This document shows positions 52,495 through 60,327 of a stretch of DNA of 64,000 nt, piece after piece. The stretch's first letter is position 1, and every line of letters begins with the position of its first letter. Location: sequence record PP400777, one strand, 5' to 3'. The translations under genes and the position numbers were made by a program. The notes under the pieces are model-generated. The model worked only from the letters and a program-made list of their open reading frames with translations. It did no database searches and was not told where the DNA came from. This DNA comes from Escherichia phage JM10.

Positions 52495-53154
52495 ATGGCA
52501 ACACCAAAAGTGTCATTTTCGCCTGGTGATATTCTATTTGGGTTGCTAGATCGTATTTTCAAAGATAACGCTACTGGAAAGGTTTTAATGTCCCGAGTAG
52601 CGGTAATTATTCTTTTGTTCCTAATGGCACTAATATGGTACAAAGGAAGTATTTTGCTGGATTATTATGTAAGAGCTAAGTATGATACTTATACTGAAAT
52701 AATCCAAAAAGAACGAGCTTTACGTTTTGAATCTGCGGCTCTAGAACAACTGCAAATAGTTCATATCTCATCTGGTGCAGATTTTAGTGCTGTGTATTCT
52801 TTCAGACCTAAAAACTTAAATTATTTTGTCGACCTTATAGCTTATGAAGGCAAACTACCTAGCACAATTTCTGAAAAGTCCCTTGGCGGATTCCCAGTGG
52901 ATAAAACGGCCAATGAATATATAATTCATTTAAGTGGCCGTCATTTCTCATCTAAATCAGAATTTGCATTTTTGCCTACAAAATCTAAGACTGCCGAACT
53001 TTCTTATATGTATAGTTGTCCATACTTTAATTTGGATAACATCTATGCTGGAACTGTGACGATGTATTGGTATAAGGGGAGTAATATACTTGAGGAAGAT
53101 CGCTTAGCGGCTATATGCAACCAAGCGATCCGAATACTAGGAAGGGCTAAATAA
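52495..53154 (+). CDS. t: holin T
   Basis: 219 aa; single N-terminal transmembrane segment and large periplasmic domain; near-identical to recalled T4 holin. Confidence 0.92.
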   Translation: MATPKVSFSPGDILFGLLDRIFKDNATGKVLMSRVAVIILLFLMALIWYKGSILLDYYVRAKYDTYTEIIQKERALRFESAALEQLQIVHISSGADFSAVYSFRPKNLNYFVDLIAYEGKLPSTISEKSLGGFPVDKTANEYIIHLSGRHFSSKSEFAFLPTKSKTAELSYMYSCPYFNLDNIYAGTVTMYWYKGSNILEEDRLAAICNQAIRILGRAK

Positions 53155-53427
53155 TTAGTTGTTAGAATACATCGCTAAATGACGATAAATATTTTCAAAA
53201 CCTTCATTGAATTCACTAATCAGTGTTTTCTTTTCTTCGGCAGTTAAATTTGTAATTAGTTTTCTGAACGAATTCTGATTTAGCTGCCGACCATCTTTTT
53301 TAATTCCAATCTCATTCAAGAATCCGATGAAACTTGCTCGGTCTTCAACAATATCTTCCCTAGAGAATTTAATCAAAATAGAAGCAATAGTAATAATTTC
53401 ACGTACGATTTCAATGTCTTTATTCAT
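53155..53427 (-). CDS. asiA: anti-sigma-70 factor AsiA
   Basis: 90 aa; near-identical to recalled T4 AsiA (MNKDIEIVREIITIASILIKFSREDIVE...). Confidence 0.92.
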   Translation of the reverse strand: MNKDIEIVREIITIASILIKFSREDIVEDRASFIGFLNEIGIKKDGRQLNQNSFRKLITNLTAEEKKTLISEFNEGFENIYRHLAMYSNN

Positions 53428-53461
53428 AACGTTTTATTCATTCCACTTAATTGATAGGAGT

Positions 53462-53491
53462 ATAGTACCATTATCAGTGTTGATTGTAAAC
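53462..53491 (-). promoter_or_regulatory. early promoter GTTTAC-N18-TACTAT for asiA
   Basis: Minus strand reads GTTTAC aatcaacactgataatgg TACTAT; overlaps the 3' end of the upstream small ORF. Confidence 0.55.
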
Positions 53492-53635
53492 GGCTTTTTC
53501 TACGCTTTTAACGTAATTGGTATAGTCTTCCTGTTCGTACGAGTGTAAGGCCAAGAACAGAGCTAATAGTTCATTATAGACTAAAGCCTCACGCTCACGT
53601 TCGGCCTCTACTACGTTCTGAAGATTATGGCTCAT
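53474..53635 (-). CDS. hypothetical small protein
   Basis: 53 aa from internal start MSHNLQ; 11-nt overlap with the arn stop. Confidence 0.4.
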   Translation of the reverse strand: MSHNLQNVVEAEREREALVYNELLALFLALHSYEQEDYTNYVKSVEKAVYNQH

Positions 53636-53924
53636 ATTGTTCCTTATAACTATCAATGTAGTCCTGTATGTCAAAGAATGACATTTCATATTCTAGGACA
53701 TTAAGAGCCTGTTCTTCAGTGTAGTCAGAACCAAATACGATAGTGATTTCACCGGGTTTAGAATGACTGAAATCAACACTAAACTCAATTCGAGAACAGA
53801 CTTCATCTTCCATATCTACGATAACACTACGACACACTTCTCGGTTAACCTGATAAAGCTCTGCAAGTTCTTCACATCGAATAACAAGTTCAGTGGCAGG
53901 ATTTTCTTTGATTTTAGTAAGCAT
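53625..53924 (-). CDS. arn: probable Arn (anti-restriction, McrBC inhibitor; acidic DNA-mimic-like)
   Basis: 99 aa from MLTKIKENPATELVIRCEEL; highly acidic; position next to asiA as in T4; identity by recall and synteny. Confidence 0.5.
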   Translation of the reverse strand: MLTKIKENPATELVIRCEELAELYQVNREVCRSVIVDMEDEVCSRIEFSVDFSHSKPGEITIVFGSDYTEEQALNVLEYEMSFFDIQDYIDSYKEQYEP

Positions 53925-54007
53925 AGTCTTTACCCTTATGTTTTTGTTTGCGTTTAGATTGAAGTTCTGATTTCTTCTTGTCCTTATGGACAGAAGCCTT
54001 ATTGAAA

Positions 54008-54223
54008 TCATGTTTTGCTACAAGATTGTTCATAATGATTTATAACCTCGTTTAAACATTTGTCTGTGAAAGAAAACTTTTTAGCCACAGAACATTCGAT
54101 AATGTGTTCTTTCAAATCTTTAGAGACAGTATAATCCATCTCAGTAATAAAGTGGCGAATTAAAGCTTTATTCTTATCATTAACAGAATTAAAATAATCT
54201 GCTTTAGAATCAATTATTCTCAT
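54008..54223 (-). CDS. hypothetical protein
   Basis: 71-aa ORF in the asiA-motA operon. Confidence 0.4.
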   Translation of the reverse strand: MRIIDSKADYFNSVNDKNKALIRHFITEMDYTVSKDLKEHIIECSVAKKFSFTDKCLNEVINHYEQSCSKT

Positions 54224-54491
54224 CGTATAATTTCCTTAATTGATATTGAAACGAGCTAATAATTTCTTCGTTCATTTTAATATACATGTCGCGCAAGAAA
54301 GGTTTTAACCCATCACGAATAATTGCTAACGTATCACCTTTACATAAATTAACCAAATAAGGATGGTCTAAAGCATCCCAACCAGGCTGATTAGCATACA
54401 TACCATAGTTTTCTTCCATCATATGATTAAGACGTTTGATATCTTGGATACGTGATTCAATAGCATCTTTCTGGAGTTGTTTAATATTCAT
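54210..54491 (-). CDS. hypothetical protein
   Basis: 93-aa ORF. Confidence 0.4.
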   Translation of the reverse strand: MNIKQLQKDAIESRIQDIKRLNHMMEENYGMYANQPGWDALDHPYLVNLCKGDTLAIIRDGLKPFLRDMYIKMNEEIISSFQYQLRKLYDENN

Positions 54492-54952
54492 TAGTAAAGG
54501 TCCTCAGAGTAAAGTTCTTTTTCATTACCACCACGTTCAATACGTACTTGGCCAGCGTAAGTTGCAATAATCATTGCTTCTTCACGTGTCCAATAATTAC
54601 TATATTGGTCAATAAACCCTTGGTCATCATCACAAACTTGTTGAGTAACTAATTGAGGTTTAACTACATCTAAAACTTCTGCCATATCTTTAGAATAATG
54701 ACGAACTCCAGGAATAATAAGAGTTCGTCCATCTTTTAATTTAAAACGGTTGGCTGCACAGACAATTCGTCGTTGATACTTTTGGTTTTCATCCCAATAC
54801 AAAGTCTGCCAACAGATTTCAGGAACTTCATCTAAAACATTTTGTTCTGTATATTCACCGCCGTAAGAAGCTAATTTAGCAGCCAGACTTTCCGGAGTCT
54901 CACGCGACAAAGCTTTATCTAACAGAGCTAAACGTTCTTTAAAAGTTTTCAT
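54491..54952 (-). CDS. hypothetical protein, 153 aa
   Basis: ORF with ATGA-type junctions on both sides; no recognisable motif. Confidence 0.45.
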   Translation of the reverse strand: MKTFKERLALLDKALSRETPESLAAKLASYGGEYTEQNVLDEVPEICWQTLYWDENQKYQRRIVCAANRFKLKDGRTLIIPGVRHYSKDMAEVLDVVKPQLVTQQVCDDDQGFIDQYSNYWTREEAMIIATYAGQVRIERGGNEKELYSEDLY

Positions 54953-55278
54953 TTAAACCATCCTTTAATACGTTGCCAAATAGATTTTTGTGCTTGTTTA
55001 TTTACACCAATCGAACGAATAACCGGTTGTGACTGCTGATATTCTTTATAATCTTCTTTATAGATTTCGTAAGCGGCATCAACAAATGAACTGATCGCTG
55101 CCATGTAGTTTTTACGAAGGCCAAATGGCGCGTCATTATTTTCACGAATAACCGTATATTGGCCTGCTTTAATCTTTACAATTGTCCCTAAATAAGCCCC
55201 GTGGTACCAAATATCCCATCCTTCCTGAGTAGGTTCTGCACATTTACGAAGTTCGTTAATAATATTCAGCTTATTCAT
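54949..55278 (-). CDS. hypothetical protein, 109 aa
   Basis: ORF overlapping upstream neighbour by 4 nt. Confidence 0.45.
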   Translation of the reverse strand: MNKLNIINELRKCAEPTQEGWDIWYHGAYLGTIVKIKAGQYTVIRENNDAPFGLRKNYMAAISSFVDAAYEIYKEDYKEYQQSQPVIRSIGVNKQAQKSIWQRIKGWFK

Positions 55279-55288
55279 TATGTATTCC

Positions 55289-55921
55289 TCACAGTACGTT
55301 AGTTACAAGGGTAATGATTTCTTTGGACACATTAGGGAAGTCAATGTAAGTATATTTACCACCGATCTTAATCTTAACATCGTTTTCAAGAGAAGTAAAC
55401 AGCTTTGATTCAGTTTCTGACATGTTGTATGCAAAGATTCTAAGAGAACCATCTCGACGAATTTCGATCTGACGAATACCTAGAACTCGTTTTGCAAATC
55501 GAACTTCCAAGTTACTACGGTTTTCACCAATTTCTTTAACTTCAACTTTATCTTTAATATTTTCAAAAACAAAGTTTGCTAATTCATGCATTTCAGGAGT
55601 AACTCCACGTGCTTTTCTAGTGTTACGTTTCTGAAGAAGTTCCGGAGCATTTTCTTGGGCAAAGAGGTCTGCAGCTTTTTGGATAATATCCATTGCTTCG
55701 CCTGTTGCTACAAGTCCATCACCGGATTTTTCGACTAAACCTTTCTTAATCAATACACCAATGTTAGAGTTAACAACCGATGCATTGTATTCCGCTTCCA
55801 GAGCTTCACGGACATTGGCAGCAGTGGTGAAGTTGTTCTTAATGATATAAACCATTATTGCAGCAGTTTTTTCATTCAGAGCGTTTTCAGAAGCTTTGAT
55901 GATGTAAGTAACTTTAGACAT
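55289..55921 (-). CDS. motA: middle-transcription activator MotA
   Basis: 210 aa; near-identical N-terminus to recalled T4 MotA. Confidence 0.92.
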   Translation of the reverse strand: MSKVTYIIKASENALNEKTAAIMVYIIKNNFTTAANVREALEAEYNASVVNSNIGVLIKKGLVEKSGDGLVATGEAMDIIQKAADLFAQENAPELLQKRNTRKARGVTPEMHELANFVFENIKDKVEVKEIGENRSNLEVRFAKRVLGIRQIEIRRDGSLRIFAYNMSETESKLFTSLENDVKIKIGGKYTYIDFPNVSKEIITLVTNVL

Positions 55922-55960
55922 TTCATTTCTCCAATTTAGTTGTTTTGTTTTGATAGGTCT

Positions 55961-55989
55961 ATAATATCATGTTTGAAGCACATGTAAAC
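55961..55989 (-). promoter_or_regulatory. early promoter GTTTAC-N17-TATTAT for motA
   Basis: Minus strand reads GTTTAC atgtgcttcaaacatga TATTAT about 40 nt upstream of the motA ATG. Confidence 0.55.
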
Positions 55990-56014
55990 TGTTTTGTGAG
56001 AAAAATGCACAAAA

Positions 56015-56030
56015 GGGAGCTTCGGCTCCC
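56015..56030 (-). terminator. hairpin GGGAGC-CGAA-GCUCCC then UUUUGUG
   Basis: 6-bp GC stem with tetraloop and U-tract between gene 52 and motA. Confidence 0.6.
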
Positions 56031-56106
56031 TAATCATGTTTGTCCAACCAATACAGCCAAATCACTAGTGCAGCTATTGCACCGAGAAATCCTAAGGCTA
56101 GGGCAC

Positions 56107-57432
56107 TCAAAGTGCCTCCAAGTCTTTAGTGTACTCTGTCACAACATCAGTAGACTTCCAATACTCATTTTCTTCTTTCTTAGCTTTAGCTTCTTCTGCT
56201 AGTTTACGTGCTTCATCGGAAGTGATATGGAAGATGTTAAGACCTACCAGTTTATCGACATGTTCTTTATACATTTCGATTTGTGCTAGCTCTTCAGTCA
56301 AAGCTTTACGGGTCTTGCCTTGAATCACAATTTCACCGTTGATAACTTTTTTGATGAAGTGTGCCTTAGCAAAAGCCAGTTTAAATGCTTTTTCAGATTC
56401 AAGGATTTTATTGTCAATACGTTTCTGAACGTAAGTCTTACGGACTTCAACAAAATCTTTGATTAAGTCCACTACGTTATCGTAGACCGCTAATTTACCC
56501 TTTTCATTAATCACTGCGATGTTTTGTGAACGACGTTCGATGAGACTAAAATCTTTCATGATTTTTTCATGACGTAGCTCTTCATCATCAGGAAGCGAGT
56601 ACTCTTTACGGAACTTCACCTTAAACCCAAAGCCGTGTTCACCACAATCATCTTCCCATGAGATTAGACCTTTGTCTTCCAACGGGTCGAGAACCTTACT
56701 CACATACGTTTCACGGTCGAATTTATATGGGATTTCAGTTATCTGCATTTGAGTGCGAGATGTGAACTTATACGTTCCGTGAATCTCATAACGCCCATCA
56801 ACTTCATGTACTTCACCACGGAATTCCGGGAATTCAACTTTTGGCTTAGTGACATTTTTACCTTGAAGAGCTTGTAATACAGCCTTTTTGACTGATTTAA
56901 AACTATGAGGCAGAATATTTGTTGCGTAACCGGTTGCAATACCAGAGACGCCATTCAAAAGAACTGTCGGAATAATAGGAAGATAGAATTTTGGTGGAAT
57001 GTGTTCTTTATCTTCATGAGCTGGAGCATATTCAGTATCTTTATATACGTTATAGAAATTTTTACTTACACGAGCAAAAATATAACGAGATGCTGCAGCT
57101 TTTTGAACTGTTCGAGAACCAAAGTTGCCTTGGCCATCTAACAGTGGATAGTTGTTGTTCCATGTGTTAGCCATCAATGCACCTGCATCTTGTGCAGAAG
57201 ATTCTCCATGATGATAACCTAAATCTGCAACACCGCCTGCAATTGACGCAAGTTTATGAAATTTTTCTTTATTACCACGAGCCAAATCTAACGCACGATG
57301 AACCACAAAACGTTGAACCGGCTTAAATCCATCAATCATGTTTGGGATTGCACGGTTTTCAACGGTGTACATAGCATATGCTAAGGCTTCGTTATCAATA
57401 ATACTTTTTAGATTACGAGAATTCAATTGCAT
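56107..57432 (-). CDS. 52: DNA topoisomerase II medium subunit gp52
   Basis: 441 aa; near-identical to recalled T4 gp52 (...AIPNMIDGFKPVQRF...). Confidence 0.95.
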   Translation of the reverse strand: MQLNSRNLKSIIDNEALAYAMYTVENRAIPNMIDGFKPVQRFVVHRALDLARGNKEKFHKLASIAGGVADLGYHHGESSAQDAGALMANTWNNNYPLLDGQGNFGSRTVQKAAASRYIFARVSKNFYNVYKDTEYAPAHEDKEHIPPKFYLPIIPTVLLNGVSGIATGYATNILPHSFKSVKKAVLQALQGKNVTKPKVEFPEFRGEVHEVDGRYEIHGTYKFTSRTQMQITEIPYKFDRETYVSKVLDPLEDKGLISWEDDCGEHGFGFKVKFRKEYSLPDDEELRHEKIMKDFSLIERRSQNIAVINEKGKLAVYDNVVDLIKDFVEVRKTYVQKRIDNKILESEKAFKLAFAKAHFIKKVINGEIVIQGKTRKALTEELAQIEMYKEHVDKLVGLNIFHITSDEARKLAEEAKAKKEENEYWKSTDVVTEYTKDLEAL

Positions 57433-57436
57433 ATTT

Positions 57437-57577
57437 TCACCATATTAATGAACGAATAACCATTATAACATCTGAAATGAAAAGCACTACTTGGATTAGT
57501 CCAAACATCACACCGTAGTACAGAACCGTAAGCAACGACAAGAGCCCGAAGGCTCCTGCTAAGATTTTCTTAATCAT
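57437..57577 (-). CDS. small hydrophobic membrane protein, 46 aa (ac/52.1-like)
   Basis: MIKKILAGAFGLLSLLTVLYYGVMFGLIQVVLFISDVIMVIRSLIW; below the ORF-track cutoff; TAATG overlap with the upstream small ORF. Confidence 0.45.
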   Translation of the reverse strand: MIKKILAGAFGLLSLLTVLYYGVMFGLIQVVLFISDVIMVIRSLIW

Positions 57578-57723
57578 TACTCGCCTTTTAACACATTAAG
57601 AAGAGCTAAGACCGCTAAGGTACCTTGTGATACCGCCTGTTGAAATACTGTTGTTTCGCCTGTAACTAAAGTGCTAACGAATAAAAACGACCAACACAGC
57701 AATGCAATAATCCATGCTACCAT
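57577..57723 (-). CDS. small hydrophobic membrane protein, 48 aa (ac/52.1-like)
   Basis: MVAWIIALLCWSFLFVSTLVTGETTVFQQAVSQGTLAVLALLNVLKGE; below the ORF-track cutoff. Confidence 0.45.
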   Translation of the reverse strand: MVAWIIALLCWSFLFVSTLVTGETTVFQQAVSQGTLAVLALLNVLKGE

Positions 57724-57775
57724 TTTAATTACCTCAAAAATAAATTAAAGGCCCAACTTAATAGGCCCGTATAAA

Positions 57776-58222
57776 TTAGTAACTCTGAAGAATGAATTTG
57801 AAGTTATCAGCCAGAAGACGGTTCATTTCAGTGAGTGTTTGATATTCTGATGTATGATTGCGAGTGAATGCCAGAGCCAATTGTCCTTTACCATAACCAG
57901 TGGTCAGTGGTTTCATGTTCTTAGCTGCAACAAAGATTACATCATATTCAATATTGTTAGTGCCCATAGTACGGGCTAGTTGCGAACGGCCTTGACGAAT
58001 GTGAGAAAGAATTGCATCCAACCCTTGTTTAGAACGTTGACGTCCTACAAAGAATCGTGCTGCTACTTGTCGCCAGTCAGATGAACCTTTAACAAAGAAG
58101 TAAAAACCTTCACGAGAACGAAACTCTTTAGAAACTTCAGAACCGTATTCGCCATTACGAACTACTGCAACAACTTCACCGCCAACTGCCAGAAGGTCTT
58201 TACGAGTTAAATATTTGGACAT
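57776..58222 (-). CDS. ndd: nucleoid disruption protein Ndd
   Basis: 148 aa; C-terminal region ...[25 protein letters not shown]...[18 protein letters not shown]...LADNFKF matches recalled T4 Ndd. Confidence 0.8.
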   Translation of the reverse strand: MSKYLTRKDLLAVGGEVVAVVRNGEYGSEVSKEFRSREGFYFFVKGSSDWRQVAARFFVGRQRSKQGLDAILSHIRQGRSQLARTMGTNNIEYDVIFVAAKNMKPLTTGYGKGQLALAFTRNHTSEYQTLTEMNRLLADNFKFILQSY

Positions 58223-58255
58223 GCTAATTTCCTCAATTGATTAATGTTTTTGTAA

Positions 58256-58285
58256 TCCATGAGAGCATTATACTCTGCTCTCAAG
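58256..58285 (-). promoter_or_regulatory. early promoter-like element (TTGTAC-N18-TATAAT) with palindrome, paralogue of the element at 28549
   Basis: About 85% identical over about 45 bp to 28533-28590; GAGAGCA/TGCTCTC inverted repeat flanks the -10. Confidence 0.5.
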
Positions 58286-58298
58286 AGTTTGTACAATT

Positions 58299-58520
58299 TT
58301 ATTCGGCCATATCAGAACGTTCAAAAAGCTCTTCAACAGTTAAACATTCAGTGTCATCTTCAATAAAGAATCGAGTCCAACACGTTGGGGCGATACAGTT
58401 ATGAGTTTGTCCGGCGATAGAAGCTACACGAATAAGCTGCTGACCATTATTCAGAACAAATTTTTCACCAATTTCAACATCTTTAAAAAGCTTAGCCATT
58501 TTGTATTCCTCATGTTTCAA
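58299..58520 (-). CDS. hypothetical protein (ndd.x position)
   Basis: 73-aa ORF. Confidence 0.4.
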   Translation of the reverse strand: MKHEEYKMAKLFKDVEIGEKFVLNNGQQLIRVASIAGQTHNCIAPTCWTRFFIEDDTECLTVEELFERSDMAE

Positions 58521-58569
58521 TAGGACTACTATATCATAGTCCTACTTAGTTGTAAACACTTTTATGAAA

Positions 58570-59046
58570 TTAAAGATGAAGATACCACCCGTTGTAGTTG
58601 CTCTTGCGGATGATTTTCTTTAGGTCTTCATGGTCTCCCACGAACTTTATAGAATAAGAGAAGACGTCAGGTGAGGTTTCTTTGACATTCAATATAATAA
58701 TACAGTCAGCGACTCGATGATTAAGGAAGGGCCCTATGTTGATTCCGTTGCCACCCGGATAATCACCACTGTATCCTGTGGTAACCGAAATCCATTTAGA
58801 ATCTATCTGGTGTGTCTTGACTTCTACACGAATTCCACAATACTTGGGATGGGCTAACACGTCCCATGCATACGTGTACGGGTCTTCTACGTCTTCAATA
58901 CCTTTGTTAACATATCCGTCTAGCCAATTTGCTACTACATACTCTGCAAAGACCGCAACCTTACAACGTCGAACAACGTCTTCTTTTATTTGACCTGGAT
59001 CTTGTTTCAACGAGTACCGAGCAGTATCAGCAATCTTCACCTTCAT
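58570..59046 (-). CDS. hypothetical protein at the T4 denB position
   Basis: ORF track 58570..59190; internal start MKVKIAD (158 aa) avoids overlap with the upstream ORF; identity as endonuclease IV not verified. Confidence 0.4.
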   Translation of the reverse strand: MKVKIADTARYSLKQDPGQIKEDVVRRCKVAVFAEYVVANWLDGYVNKGIEDVEDPYTYAWDVLAHPKYCGIRVEVKTHQIDSKWISVTTGYSGDYPGGNGINIGPFLNHRVADCIIILNVKETSPDVFSYSIKFVGDHEDLKKIIRKSNYNGWYLHL

Positions 59047-59062
59047 TTCACTAGTCAAAAAC

Positions 59063-59350
59063 TCATTCGACAGGATAAATGTCGGAAGACTCTTCAGCCT
59101 CAACAGCCCCAAGTTCGTCTTTATCATAGATACCTCTGATGTGTAGTTCGCCAAAATAAATGCGGTCACCTTCTTCAAGATATTCTGCATCTACCGGCGG
59201 GATTTCAATAACAACTTCGTCACATTCTAACCAGCCATAGTGTGCATCGCCAGGATGTTTTACCAATTTAGCACAATAAACTGATTTACACTTATGATGA
59301 CCACGAAGATTAGCAATTTTGGATTCTGATACGTCAAATGGATGAATCAT
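59063..59350 (-). CDS. hypothetical acidic protein
   Basis: 95-aa ORF downstream of rIIB. Confidence 0.4.
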   Translation of the reverse strand: MIHPFDVSESKIANLRGHHKCKSVYCAKLVKHPGDAHYGWLECDEVVIEIPPVDAEYLEEGDRIYFGELHIRGIYDKDELGAVEAEESSDIYPVE

Positions 59351-59370
59351 AATTACCCCTAAAGAAAAAA

Positions 59371-59386
59371 GGGGACCGAAGTCCCC
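59371..59386 (-). terminator. terminator after rIIB: GGGGAC-UUCG-GUCCCC then UUUUUUCUUU
   Basis: Perfect 6-bp GC stem with UUCG loop and long U-tract 6 nt after the rIIB stop. Confidence 0.75.
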
Positions 59387-59391
59387 AATTA

Positions 59392-60318
59392 TTATTCTGC
59401 AAATAATTCAGTAACGTCTGAAATTACTTCGTAACGACAAGTACGCATCTTAGCATCGCCATAGTCAACTGGGATAGATACAACATCACGTGGATGAACT
59501 TTAACCTTAACAACTTTATCTGAGCTAGAACCAAAGTGGCGAATATAAGATTTAGCACAAACGTGGAGACCGCGAGAACAGGTTTGAGTATCATCGTCGT
59601 TAACTCGAGTACGAGGCATTGAAACAACTTTACCTGGGGAGTTATCAAATGTACCACTATAGCAGTCTAAATAGTCCTTACGAACTACTTTCCACGCATA
59701 GAAATGACCATCTTCAGTGATTTCAATATCATTTGCAACCAAGAAGTCGAATAAACGTTGTACAGCTTTTTCGCTCGGGTTTTCTAACAGGTTTTCAAGG
59801 AATGGCAGATAGAATTTAAAGTCTTCACCTTTTTCCATAGAATCAATAATACGATTAACCAGGCCAGAACGAATCTCTATACCTTGATAAAATAAACTAC
59901 CACCTTCAATAACAACATTACCGTCAACAAACTTACTAATAGCTTTCTTGATGTTAATAAGTTCGACAGCTTTACTAAGGTTTCCTGCGACCAGATTAGC
60001 TTTAATTTCTTCAAAATTTGCATGACTTGATGGAGTCGCATTGTATGCTACGCGTCCTTCAATAATTGAAATAAATTTAGATGACGCGTTCCATACGATT
60101 TCAGGACGATGGCCGCCGATAATAGGTTCATCATTTTCTGGAACTTCTTCAACTTTCGAAGTCTCATCTTCGGCTTTAAAATTCTTAACAATCTTACGAA
60201 GAGTATCTGTTGAAATGTCGAAGTAATCAGCAATTTCCCGACGGGTCCATTGACCTGATTCAACCAGTCTGTAAGCTTCTAACTGTTCTTCTTGGGACAA
60301 GCATTTGATATTGTACAT
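59392..60318 (-). CDS. rIIB: rIIB protein
   Basis: 308 aa; near-identical C-terminal half to recalled T4 rIIB. Confidence 0.93.
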   Translation of the reverse strand: MYNIKCLSQEEQLEAYRLVESGQWTRREIADYFDISTDTLRKIVKNFKAEDETSKVEEVPENDEPIIGGHRPEIVWNASSKFISIIEGRVAYNATPSSHANFEEIKANLVAGNLSKAVELINIKKAISKFVDGNVVIEGGSLFYQGIEIRSGLVNRIIDSMEKGEDFKFYLPFLENLLENPSEKAVQRLFDFLVANDIEITEDGHFYAWKVVRKDYLDCYSGTFDNSPGKVVSMPRTRVNDDDTQTCSRGLHVCAKSYIRHFGSSSDKVVKVKVHPRDVVSIPVDYGDAKMRTCRYEVISDVTELFAE

Positions 60319-60327
60319 AATGTTTCC

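Noticed and set aside
57543-57556. GAGCC-CGAA-GGCTC hairpin as a terminator
   Set aside because: It lies inside the coding sequence of the 46-aa membrane ORF (encoding ...AGAFGLL...) and lacks a U-tract; more likely coincidental or a translational pause element.
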